Below, in pieces: positions 52,441-63,734 of a DNA stretch of 64,000 nt. The notes below the pieces were generated by a model that worked only from the letters and a program-made list of their open reading frames with translations, ran no database searches and was not told where the DNA came from. Both the position numbers and the translations under genes were made by a program. Location: positions 28,954,001 through 29,018,000 of the forward strand of contig OZ024747.1 in NCBI GenBank assembly GCA_964016885.1, read 5' to 3'. Position 1 is the stretch's first letter, and each line of letters starts with the position of its first letter. The stretch comes from Eledone cirrhosa. Taxonomy: Eukaryota.

Positions 52441-53324
52441 CTCGAACATTTTACGAATTTATTATATAAATCAGTTGAAATACATACACAGACAATTATC
52501 AAAGCAAATAGACAATAACAATAAGACAGAAAAAAAAGACACAGTCCCTCAATTACACACTAAAACAGGGAATGTTAATGCTGTCCCGCTAGAAGACATA
52601 CACACTCCCTCAATTGCACACTAACAGGGATGCTAGTGTTTCCCTAAAAAAAAAATATGTTTGGGGCAAACTCAAAGATTCACAGCATTGTTATTGTTGA
52701 TGGCGAGGCTGAGACGCTAGAATAGCTAAACACCATCACAAGCGTCACCTGTTACTTAATTCAACGATAACTAAAACGTCATGGTCAGCAACACAGCCGC
52801 CCTCGATCGTCTAGAATCTCACTGGCTGAAAAATGTAGTTTACCTATAAATTAAGTTATTTCAGTAACTTTTTCCGTCCGGACACAGTAATTTTCCATTT
52901 TATCTCCAAAAGTTAGTTTAACGTTAGCTCAAGAGACATGGAGAGATGAACAGAAATAACAACAACATTGAAGTTTATGTGATGTAGAGGGAAATGACCT
53001 TCTGTCTTTCACTGTTGGACTTCAATGATTACAAGGAAGTCCTGTGTTTATGACTATCTGTCAGTGCTCATGTACCTTTCTGTGCGTGTGGTCCTGTGTT
53101 TGAACTTGTGTGAGTGTATTCATGTGTGTAGTGGGAGGTTGTTTAATGTGTATACGCATGCGCTCAGATTGTTTGTTTTTCAAGATTGACTTGAAAACGA
53201 AAATGGTAAAAAATATGCCAAGCAAGTGTTTGAGTGATACATGGGAGGTAACTCCGGATAAATATTATTTGTTAAGATTTATTTAATCTTTATTATGGCT
53301 GTATTTTCCTTTCAGTTGTAGCTT

Positions 53325-53600
53325 TTCCCGTTCAAGGCGGCTAGTTTGTTAATATGGGATGCTACGTGTTCTCTGGTGCCAGCCTCATCTCCTCGGAAGA
53401 TAAACAAATACCAGAATTTGACCAACCGTTTCCTTTTCGTGCTGGTTGCCATCGAGACTTTCGGTGTACAAGGTCCCCGGACTACAAAAATTGGAGGATG
53501 GAGCTCCGTGAGATGGAATGGCCAATGAAACGGTTGTAACTGGATGTTCTCCACGGCAATGCTTTCGCCATCTCGTTCGCGATGTGCAGCTGGGATAAAC
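53325..53600 (+). mobile_element. Divergent CRE-like endonuclease-domain fragment
   Basis: 'LLIWDATCS...KINKYQNLTNRFLFVLVAIETFGVQGP' and '..LDVLHGNAFAI'. Confidence 0.75.
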
Positions 53601-53789
53601 TGCCCAGCTAAAGGTGTAGAGTTATGTCGTGTTTATATTTAAAAATAATGTTTGTTCAAACGAAGTTGACTCATCATTTGTTTTTGAATTAAATTTATAT
53701 TTGAAATTCTATTTAATTTAAATGTATTTTCTTTATAGTGATTTTTTGTTTTAGTTGTTAATTGTATTTTCTCATACTATGGGCGTATA

Positions 53790-54032
53790 GTTAGAATGTC
53801 TAAGTAAAAAAACGCTGGACACATTTTACGGGCAAAACCAACCGGCAAGAGACTCAGGCGTAGACCCCGAGCAAGATGGTTGGATAACATCCATGAGCTT
53901 AGCTGGTCTTGGGGATCTAGCCAGATCAGTTGGAGGCGGTTGCTTCTGACCTGCTGGAAGGAGTGTTTGAGGACTCTGCCCCCCCCCCCCCCCCCGACCC
54001 TCTCAGGAATAAGTGGGCGAAGAAGACGAAGA
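53790..54032 (+). mobile_element. RTE (Expander-like) 3' end with (GAA)n tail
   Basis: 'RAKPTGKRLRRRPRARWLDNIHELSW', followed by cccgaccc..ggaataagtggg and gaagaagacgaagaa. Confidence 0.7.
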
Positions 54033-55187
54033 ATTGTATTTTAATTGAATTATCCTTATAGTTAAATCATATTTTCCTTGAGGTTTAATTGTATTTTTCT
54101 TGTGGTATTATTGTCTTTTCTTTGAGGTGTAATTGTATTTTCTGTATTTAATTGTACTTTCCTGGTATTTAAATTGTATTTTAATTATATTTTTCATTGC
54201 ATTTAATTTTATCTTCCTTATGGTTTTATTGTATCTTCCTTATGGTTTAGTTGTATCTCTCATGTGGTTTAAAAGCATAATGGCAATTAGTAACGAAAAG
54301 TGATAAATCCCGGCGACATCTCAGTTGTCCGCTATGAAGGACAGATGTGAACATGGTAGGTAGAGTGGAGTGCGTCTGAACATGATAGGTGGAGTGGCTG
54401 GCTGATAAAGAATGAGGGTTTCAGATGTGGTAGCAGTAGTTAACAGTAATAGTACCTAGATGTGGTACATAACTAGTTAACTGTAGCGATGAGTCTCCTC
54501 GTGGCCACCACGATCAATAATGATGCCCATGATGATGATAATGATAATGATGGTAGCGTTGGTGTTATACCAGTCATGGGCCCGTTTGGTTTTCTGAATG
54601 GCATGCCTAATTTCAAAATTGACTTGAATTTTTTAGTAGTGCGGCCTGACTTATGGTGAGCCACACCCCATGTGATCCATCGCTCGAAAAAAGCTTCCCA
54701 TGTCTATTAAACCAAGAGGTGTATTAGACCTTCAGCCTAAGTCAGGGATAGGTAATGTTAATCTGTATGAAAGAGAGAGCTGAAAATATGTCTTGAGTAT
54801 TAAAGATATCGAGTGCTATGTGCAAATATAGACATGATGTGAACGGAGAATTATTGTTGGGTGTTCTGAGAGAGACAGATGGCGAAGTTAGGTCTCTGCG
54901 TAGTGGAACTTACACAAAGAACGTTGTATTTATTCCAGCTCTTTGCATTCTGAGGTCAAATCCTGCCGAGATCAACTTTGCCTTTTAATTCTTCTGGGCT
55001 TCATAAATAAAACATGTTTAGGATGCTGTAAACTAGCAGAATTGTTAGGGAATCAGATGGTGGTATTTGTTCCAGCCTTTGTCATCTGAGTTCAAATCTG
55101 ATCCTGGCCTACGTGGGTGGTAGACTTAACCAAACTCCGGCTTAAGATTTGCACCTGGCTCTTGAGTGCTTTTAGCAGAGTCTACTC

Positions 55188-55800
55188 TGTTGCATTTGAC
55201 ACGTTAGGGGAAGCTGGGCCATTGTCAACAAGGGTTTTATCATTATTAGCGGTTCGTCTTACTGAAATATGTTATGCGGCTTGTAAAAGTGTTTAATTAT
55301 ACTAGTCCCCCAGCCTCGTTAGCACCCACAATAATGCCGTGAGTGTCTTGGATTGACCTAAACAATTTTCGAAGGCATCATCAGCGTTCTTTGTTATAAT
55401 GTGTAATTGAGGGAATAAATGTTACTTATCATAATGTGGTGTCATGGCTTGATTCATAACTATTTAGAGGGTAACACCAACGATCCCTGTTATAGTGTGT
55501 AATTTAGGGACTAACTATTGCCTAATATAATGCCATGAGTGTCTTGGGTTGTCTCAGAAATATTTAAAGAGCAACAACAACATTCTCTGTTGTGTCTAAT
55601 TGAGTATGTCTTCTCCCTTTTTTCTTTCCTTCTGACACTTAATAAATTTGTTCCAGTGCATAAGCCTCGCTATCATCCACGTTAACGCTGCCAGTGTATT
55701 GGCTTGTCTCAAAAAGAATTAGAGGGAGGCTCCGGCATCTCTTCTGATGTGTGACCGATTTACACACTTTTGTTGACTTAATATTTTCTTTCGTTTTGAT
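55188..55800 (+). mobile_element. Stacked decayed CRE-like 3'-terminal fragments
   Basis: 'VAFDTLGEAGPLSTRVLSLLAVRLTE' at 55188, taatgcc(g/a)tgagtgtcttgg at 55332 and 55528, and 'LFQCISLAIIHVNAASVLACLK' at 55648-55715. Confidence 0.65.
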
Positions 55801-55801
55801 T

Positions 55802-56692
55802 CTACTTTCTGCAAGCGCAAAGTTCTTGAGGGACTGGATTGATACCCTGTCTGTGGCCAACATTGGTGGTCTTCTCAGTCAGGACGAGCTCCGCATTTCC
55901 ATTGTACTCCGAGTGGGAGCCGATGTCTATGGGGGTCTGAGATGTCGCTGTGGTAGGTCCCTCGACTCCACAGGCCCCCTTGATTTGTTCTGCCTGAATG
56001 CTGGTCGCTTCACTCGTTACATCATGTTAAATCTGATCTCTAAGCGGGCCCTAGCTTGGGTAAATATCCCCCCCCCCCAGTTCTGGATTATCCAGAAGTG
56101 ATGGGAAGAGACCAGACGGCCTTACCCTTTGTCGCTGGGTAAGAGGTAGTTGTCTCATCTGGGACGCCATAGTCAGTAACTCTTTTGCTCCCTTCCACAT
56201 CATCGATGCTGCAGTGAATGTGAGGTTTATTGCTTCCGCTACCGAACGGAATAAAATCCGAAAATACCTGGAACTATCAAACAATTACTTTTTCTAGCCT
56301 GTGGCGTTCGAGATTTTTGGTGGAGTTGGACCGCTAACAGTGAAGTTATTTTCATCGTTGAGGGCCCACCTTACTGAGGTGTCAAGTGATGCCTGTGAGA
56401 GTGCCTGGTTGTTTCAGCACCTTAGCCTCGCCACCACCCGTGGTAATGCCGCGAGCGTGTTGGCTTGCCTCAAAATATTCCATTGACCCCTGTAATATGC
56501 AGCCAATTGTCGCACTTGGTGATAAATTGATGGTCGCTTTTGTTTTTATTTCCCCCTTTTTATTCTTTCTCTCGCTTTGATCGTTGTATTTGTAAGGTTC
56601 ATAGTTAATTGTATTTATTAGATGTATTTATATTTTCATTCTGAAAGAATTGTGAACAATTTGTAATGTTATTTATACAACTGTGAATAAAA
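55802..56692 (+). mobile_element. Second CRE-like copy (3' ~0.9 kb)
   Basis: Colinear with 50591-51508: RCRCGRSLDSTG, gatgggaagagaccagacgg, AFEIFG, HLSLATTRGNAASVLACL. Same 3' end, ttatacaactgtgaataaa. Confidence 0.88.
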
Positions 56693-56959
56693 TATTTACT
56701 TCGTATTTTCATGTGAAATATTTATGTAATTGTGTATATGTTGAATTTCGACAGCTATTGTATTTGTGTTTGTAATTTCAAGCTCTCTATATTATCAGCA
56801 TATTTGTTTGGGCAAAAAAAATGTGAACTTTGCTATTATGTAATTTCATGTACATCGTTTATTTCGATATAAATTTTCAAGTAATTATTGATTTTACAAA
56901 CCATAAACGTATAATTTAATTGGAATAAAATTTTACATATTTGAAAATAAAAATTCAAA

Positions 56960-57117
56960 ACTGTAGTATTAAATGCACCGCCCCAGAAGGTAACGAATTG
57001 GGAATAATAACAGCAATAAATTCGAACACGCGTCGCATGTGTTTGCAATGATTAAAAATGTTAGGGAAACAGAGCAAGGTAGGTAACTCTAATAAGTTCT
57101 TAATGTTGAAAATGGCG
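56960..57117 (+). promoter_or_regulatory. Probable FDX2 promoter/5' UTR
   Basis: CpG-rich, with a GC-box-like ccgcccc (~56978), cacgcgtcgcatgtg, and a YY1-like aaaatggcg overlapping the ATG. Confidence 0.5.
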
Positions 57118-57256
57118 CAGTCACTACGAACGTATTCGCGATTTTTGTGGTCAAAGCTATCATATAAACAAGTGGTAGCAGCAACACATTTATTCGCCAC
57201 ACGGACAGATAAACCCATGTTACATTCATGTAACAGACATTTTGTTTCGCCATCAG
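57112..57256 (+). CDS. FDX2: Mitochondrial ferredoxin-2, exon 1 (transit peptide)
   Basis: MAQSLRTYSRFLWSKLSYKQVV... is basic, hydroxyl-rich and acid-poor. Donor cag|gtttag, phase 1, matches exon 2. Confidence 0.8.
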
Positions 57257-58009
57257 GTTTAGTATAAAATTCCATTTCGCCATCATTATAACACAGCGGT
57301 TTCATTCTAACAAGTACTACGGGTTTTTATTGTTGATGTTAATAATTTAATTTCTTTCTTTCATACTCAACAACATCTCTGTTAGCTTTCTCTCTTCTTA
57401 ACTGTTGTTACAGTATATACAATGTCTAACCCAAGGACAAATTTCGAGTTATTAAATATAAAACCCCTAAAGGTTATCGCGTATTTGATGATTATATAAC
57501 AATTCTACAATCCAACCACAACCTATCATGTTTATCTATGAATTCATAGGAAAATAAAATACAATATGCCAGTTCCCAAGGCCATTTATGTCAAGTGATT
57601 AAGACGAAGAGATTTGAAACCGTATCGCTGATTATGCTTCTTCGCCGATTTTGTGGCATGTTTACATTTTCTTTAATTGCTCGAACGGTTAAAAAATAAA
57701 ATATCTTAGATGTGAATAGAGTATAACAATCTCCTTTATTATACATATAATCACAGTTTATATAATAAATATAATTTACAAAAGAAACAGACTAATAAAA
57801 TTAATCAGAGATGACTCACACACGAATTGATAGTTTTGTAATATAAATATTTAAAATTCAATTTTACTAAGGTTAGAAAGAAGGTATAACTTGTAAATTA
57901 TATATATATATATATATATAAGTGTTCAATTACGGAGACCGTGAAGGCCACATATCAAAGTAGTACTCTATGCATGGTTAGGTACAGAGGTTTATAAAGT
58001 AATTGTTAA

Positions 58010-58225
58010 AATAACGTTTCGGCTAGCTTGCGTTCAAAGCCAACCGAAACGGAGTGAGCCCACCGTCGGAGTTTTACCAATTACTATATATATAATATAT
58101 TTTGGCTGATCCAGTAGTTGATGTTTACTCCCTGGGGTTTCTTTGATCACCGGTTCGTTTTCCCTGTCCGATGACCCGGCTAGAAACTCCGTAATAGCAA
58201 CTCGATGAGTCAGAATAAACTCTTA
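58010..58225. mobile_element. Penelope-like pseudo-LTR remnant with partial hammerhead-like elements
   Basis: Hairpin gtttcgg...ccgaaac, the segment GAAACGG-agtgagccca-CCGTC, and cggagtttt complementary to gaaactccg at ~58173. Flanked by (TA)n. Confidence 0.45.
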
Positions 58226-58819
58226 TTGTCACTGTCACGGCATCCTACACTTTTACCTTCGAATATATGAATAAAATCGGAGATATAACCCCTTGAGACG
58301 GAAAAAATGTGAATAGAAATTGCTGCGGGCGATTCCTGTTTACCCTAGTTTTAAGAGGTTATATCCTCGATTTTTTTCAACTGTATTTGTAGTTAATGAG
58401 TTGCAGTGACTTTGCGCAAGACAGCACATTCTCTTAAATTCCAGTCTTACCACATCCTCGTTAAGCCTTATTTATACACTCACAAATTAACTTCTAATTT
58501 ACTATCGAAACGGTTTAAGCTTGGCCGTTGGACAAAGAATCTCTGGTCTTACCTGTCTTTACTAATAATATCTCAATAAGCTATCTATCTATTCAGTATA
58601 GGTATGTCGAATATGAAAGTGTATTTTGTAATTTACGTTGTTAAAATTATGAAATATCTTTCCAATAATTCGAGACGTAAGTAAATGATGTTAACAACGT
58701 AAATTGTGCAATACACAAAACAGAGCATTTTCACTATCGGTCGTCGATTCACTTTCATTTTCCACATACCAATACCGAGAGAATATATCTATACCAACCA
58801 TAATGCGACATGTGTATTT

Positions 58820-59015
58820 TGACAAAGACTAAAGTCCTAGTAAGTATAAGAGAAAACAGATCCGCGATCCCTCGGGGAAATGGCCTTGCTCAGTGTGTAG
58901 GAAAGGTGTAGGTAGAAATTTCATCCACTGTCCCAAATGCAAACTATGGGTACACAAGAGATGAAGTGGGATCTCAGGTAGAACGTAGGTTTTACATGTA
59001 GCCGTTGCAATGGAG
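58820..59015 (+). mobile_element. Isolated RTE fragment covering only the PHD-finger module
   Basis: 'KTKVLV..PSGKWPCSVCRKGVGRNFIHCPKCKLWVHKR*SGISGR..FTCSRCNGA', with one stop and indels. Confidence 0.88.
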
Positions 59016-59027
59016 CAGTAAGTAGCA

Positions 59028-59160
59028 AACGACCACAGGAGGACAGTCAACGATATTACTGATGTTGTTGGTCTGTCGTATGGGTCAGTACAGGCAATCC
59101 TAACGCCTGAATTGAACATGTGGCATGTCACTGCCAAGTTTGTCCCTTGTCTACTGACCA
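59028..59160 (+). mobile_element. Mariner transposase fragment (HTH to WVP-linker region)
   Basis: 'DHRRTVNDITDVVGLSYGSVQAILTPELNMWHVTAKFVPCLLT' matches the mariner pattern D.R.T...I...VG.S.GSV..IL...L.M..V.AKFVP.LLT. Confidence 0.8.
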
Positions 59161-59806
59161 AGTTTACAATAGGTACACCATATCTCTGCATGTCATATAA
59201 GGGGCAATTAAAAGGGATGGTCTCAAAAGATCCCATAATAAACATGGTGCATGCATGTTTAACCCTAGCTTTAGCAGAAAAATAGCCTTAAGGCACTTAC
59301 TGAATGAAGCAATGAGAGAGTCTCTGCATGCTCACTTGACCTAGAAATAGCAGGCCAGGATCCCTCAAATTACACCCTTGAATCTTAAAAAAAGGAAGAA
59401 CACATTGGATAATGTAGTTTTATGTACACTATGTATGAATAAAAAAACTGTATTATCATTACTGGAACATCTTTGATCATAGGTCTTTTCAATTTGGGAT
59501 TTATCTGAAACTAATTAACAACAGCTTTGACACTAAACCTCTTGGAACCACAAAACTGTTTAATTTAAAGTGTTTATATTTATCTAAAACTCTTCCTTCA
59601 TAATTTTATTTAAGAATCTTTATTCATTTCAAACACCAGCTTAATAATGATAAATTTATATTACTTAATCCCTCCAAATTTTTGATTATTTTCAAAATTA
59701 TTTGAAAATCATAGACATTAAAAATATGAGTAATGAAAGGATTACATATTTCTTTCCCCTATATCTGACTAAAATGATGATTTGAAAATGTTTTCTTTTA
59801 TTCTAG

Positions 59807-59861
59807 CTCAACTGTTATCTGGGGAATATGAAATGACTGATCCAATTTGTGAGGAAGAAGT
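59807..59861 (+). CDS. FDX2: Ferredoxin-2 exon 2
   Basis: ttctag|ct...gaagt|gtaagt; encodes (A)QLLSGEYEMTDPICEEE(V). Confidence 0.9.
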
Positions 59862-60279
59862 GTAAGTTATTCTTCCATGATTCATTCACTCAACATTCTG
59901 TTCTAATGTTGTTGCTGCTGTTGTTATCTTAGTTTTGTTACTGCAGTTGTTGTTCCTGCAGCTGCAATTATAGCTCACACCCATATAGATGTAGCTGGCC
60001 TCTTTTGAGTTTGTATTTCATTGATGTTTTCATGAAGAAATGTGAAAAAGTGGACATGAGAGGTGTGATGAATGAGTTTACAAAGAACCACTATTAGAGA
60101 AGGCCAATCTAACCCATGCAAACCTGGAAAAAAACAGACATAAAAATATTAATACACATAAACATATGCATAAATTCACATTCACACACACATGTATCAC
60201 AGTCCTGCCTGTGACCCCGAGTTTTAACAAATGTTTTGATATTTCAAATACTTCTGATTCTACTATTTTATATTTTCAG

Positions 60280-60386
60280 TGTCAATGTTGTGTTTATTGA
60301 AAAAGATGGTGAAAAACATCACATACGAGGGAAAATTGGTGATAATATTCTATATCTTGCTCACAGATATAACATTCCCCTTGAAG
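60280..60386 (+). CDS. FDX2: Ferredoxin-2 exon 3
   Basis: ttttcag|t...gaag|gtaggc; encodes VNVVFIEKDGEKHHIRGKIGDNILYLAHRYNIPLE(G). Confidence 0.97.
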
Positions 60387-60439
60387 GTAGGCTTATATTA
60401 TTATAATCTGTTATTAATGAAATGTGTGTTTGTGTGTTA

Positions 60440-60755
60440 TCATCACATTCACGTCAATTTTCCATGCTTCCATGGGTTAGACAGGTTGTCCTGTTCTGAG
60501 ACTAGAGAAGTCAAGTGACCTCATTCTGTTCACAAGTTCCAGTTTGGATTAGTTTCTACAGCTGGATGTCTTTCCTAATGTCAATCACTTTACAGCATGT
60601 ATATGGTGCATTTTATTGTGACAACAGCACTACCACTTTACAGAGTGGGCTAGGTGTATTTTATCATGACACCAGTACTGATACTTTACAGAGTGAGCTG
60701 GGTGCATTTTATTGTGGCACCAGCACCATCACTTTACTGAGTGGGTTAGGTACAT
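60440..60755 (-). mobile_element. RTE-derived short element with a ~42-bp segment amplified four times
   Basis: cactttacagagtg..ctgggtgcattttattgtggcaccagcac repeated in tandem at 60585-60750. Confidence 0.75.
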
Positions 60756-61039
60756 CTTATATATATATATATGTGAGAAGACTAATACAGACATGTGATG
60801 CATATGAGGGAAGACAGTTAGGTTGGGTAAAGAAGTATCAATCTATCCAAGTGGAAAGAACCCGTGGAAGAGGAAGATATGAAAAAATAAAATTTGACTA
60901 AAAACTCTTTTATCCCCCCATACATTGAAATACTAAAGAAAAAGCAGTGTGTATTATACACAAAATATATTCTTTCCTGGATTTTATTGCCCATAATTAG
61001 GAGTGTACATTATACACATGTATTGTGCACAAACATATC

Positions 61040-61335
61040 TGGAGACACTCTGTCAATTACGATGACGAGTGTTCCAGTTGATCTGATCAATAGAACAGCC
61101 TGCTTGTGAAATTAACATGCAAGTGGCTGAGGATTCCACAGACATGTGTACCCTTTATGTAGTTCTCAGGAAGATTCAGTGTAACAAGGCTGGTCCTTCG
61201 AACTACTCGTTTTTGTCAGCCGAGTGGACCAGAACAACATGAAATAAAGTGTCTTGCTCAAGGACACAACACACCACCTGAAATCGAACTCACGACCGTA
61301 TGATTGTGAACTGAATACCTTAACCTCAAAGCCGC
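61040..61335 (-). mobile_element. SINE family C (CORE-like)
   Basis: Homologous to 18700-19020. Confidence 0.78.
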
Positions 61336-61494
61336 TCACCTTCACAAACATAGACAGTGGCTATATATTACAAGATTTGCCAATGCACATGCGTTTTAAT
61401 TGGCCAACATCATTGACTCTGTCCATGATGCATTTATCTTAGTTTCAATACACCGTGATCTCAATTATCTAAATTTTTTACAGATGTCTTTTAA

Positions 61495-61605
<111 letters not shown>

Positions 61606-61847
61606 TAAGTGGCTCATTCATAGCCCCCTCCTTTCTTTCTCTCCTCCTATTTTTAGCTATGATTGATATATTAACACCCCGCCCGCTATTTCTAGCTATG
61701 ATAGATACACTAACCCTCCTTAATTCTAGTTATGATAGATACACTGATCTCCTGCTCCCCTTATTTCTAACTATTATAGATACCCTATGTGTATAGAATT
61801 CGTTTTCAAAACAATGGGAACATTTTTATTAATTATTTATCTATTTA

Positions 61848-62062
61848 GGGTGGTGGATTGGCAGTATCATTAGAGCGTCAGACACCATGCTTTGCAGCAT
61901 AGAGTTATGGCCCTTCATGACCTGAGTTCAAATCCCGCCAAGGTTAACTTTGCCTTTCATCCTTACAGGGTCAATAAACTAAAGCACCAGTACTGGGGTC
62001 GATTTAATCGACTTTGCCCTCCCCCAAATTACTGGCCTTCTGCCTATACTAGAAATCATTAA
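61848..62062 (+). mobile_element. SINE family A, full length
   Basis: Head, core and tail present. Flanked by a direct repeat, ttaattatttatctattta, which is a likely target-site duplication. Confidence 0.88.
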
Positions 62063-62113
62063 TTATTTATCTATTTATGACATGATTCTATTTATTTTTT
62101 TCTGCTCTTCTTT

Positions 62114-62156
<43 letters not shown>

Positions 62157-62157
<1 letters not shown>

Positions 62158-62625
62158 GTGGCTATGGTGAAAGAAGTTATATGGTGGACGAGGTTGAGAG
62201 GACTGAGGACAGATGCCTTTCTCTCCGGACAACAATTGATTCCCTTCTTTAAGTATCACTTTAGAAGGAGAATCAGGGTGGAGAGAGAGGCACTGCACCC
62301 CAGTAAATTTACTGAAAGGTGGGTGAATGAAGCGAAAATGGCCCGAGTGATTGGGCCTTCTCTGTTTATAAGCCTGTAGGTTGAGGAAGAGAGCAAAAGG
62401 ATGAAAGGAGCACTTGCACAACACGCTCCTGGAGTTGAGGGTGGTTCTATCGACGGAGTATGAAACAACCCATTTGTGGCGCCTCCCCCCTATTGGGGAT
62501 TTCGATTGTTGTAATTGTTTGTTTTTATATTTTTACATGACTGCATGTAAAATCCCCGGCATGTCTTTGTATTGTCCCCTTTTCTTGTGCGCCCTTGTGG
62601 CTAATAAAGAAATATATCTATCTAT
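62157..62625 (+). mobile_element. 5'-truncated Tx1/L1-like LINE 3' end in a (TATC)n microsatellite
   Basis: ORF end 'AMVKEVIWWTRLRGL...FFKYHFRRRIRVERE...FTERWV' is an L1/Tx1-style C-terminus. The 3' UTR has aataaa, and (tatc)n lies on both sides. Confidence 0.75.
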
Positions 62626-63134
62626 CTATCTATATATAGACTTTTTTTTTAATGAATAAAGACATTTACATAAATAATATAATATAACCAATTAATGTCT
62701 GTAGATATGGAATTGCTAGAAAATATTAATGTTTAAATGTATGAACACCAGGACATCTTGAGTTACATACTTAATATGATAACTTGAAGAAAAGTAAGAA
62801 ATGAAATAATTTTTATTACCACACTTCTCAAACTACCTCTATAAGATACCTGCTGTCTAATAACTTAATGTAAGCAACCTTTAAGCCTCATGGTAATTGA
62901 TAGCTAAACCCTTTCCTACATCATAGATTCCCCTCTCAGCCATAATGAAGACACCAATAATGTTGGGCATTCAATCCAAGTAAGCCGACATCATACAGTC
63001 AGCCTCTGACTACCATTGTTAGTTCCTTCCCTATATATGCTTCACATATGTAGGAATAGAGCAACTCCTCTCAGGCATTTAAATATTTGAACAACTAAAG
63101 AAAGTTTTCCTCGTTTCTCATTTTCTTTTTTCAG

Positions 63135-63187
63135 AGAAGATGACCTCTTAGATATGGCTCCGTTTTTGAAAGAAAATTCCAGACTTG
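63135..63187 (+). CDS. FDX2: Ferredoxin-2 exon 5
   Basis: tttttcag|a...cttg|gtaagg; encodes EDDLLDMAPFLKENSRL(G). Confidence 0.98.
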
Positions 63188-63559
63188 GTAAGGCATTTAT
63201 TATTGGTTTTGCAATATTTACTTACGACAGTTCAAATCTTATTGAAGTTAACTTTACCAGTTTGAGATAAACTCTACAGGCATGGAAATGTTGCCAGACA
63301 AGCATGTCTGAGATGTGCACAGAGTGACAAAACTGTTTTGTATGCATTTGTTCAATGCTTGTGCATTGCTAACTTGTGGAGTTATGTTGAAAATCTGTCA
63401 TTAGGGTCCTTTACAATCTGGTTTCAAATCCCTCTGAGGTCAATTATGCCTTTTGTCCTTTCAGGGTAATAAAAAAAATAGTCCCAGTAAAATACTAGAA
63501 TCAGTATAATTGACTTTCTCCATTGTTAGCCTTGTGCCTAAATTAGAAACCATTATTGT

Positions 63560-63728
63560 TATGGCCCTTTACGTTTTGAGTTCAAATCCCACTGAGGTTA
63601 GTTAGCTTTGCCTTTTATCCTTACAGTCAATAAATAGAATACCAGTAACGTACTGGAGTTTATTTAATCGACTTTTCCCTCCCCTCAATTGTTGGCCTCA
63701 TACCTAAATCAGAAACCATTATTATTAT
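63560..63728 (+). mobile_element. SINE family A abutting the last FDX2 acceptor
   Basis: B-box gagttcaaatccc, core, and tail agaaacc(att)n. An older copy precedes it at ~63405-63558. Confidence 0.8.
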
Positions 63729-63734
63729 TTTCAG

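Noticed and set aside
57058-57111. Upstream in-frame ATGs for FDX2 (57058 and ~57103)
   Set aside because: ATG 57112 has the best context (aaaATGG) and begins a typical transit peptide. The upstream starts are not excluded but are unsupported.
56955-57305. 116-aa minus-strand ORF overlapping FDX2 exon 1
   Set aside because: No recognisable homology; most simply the antisense of the FDX2 first exon and promoter.
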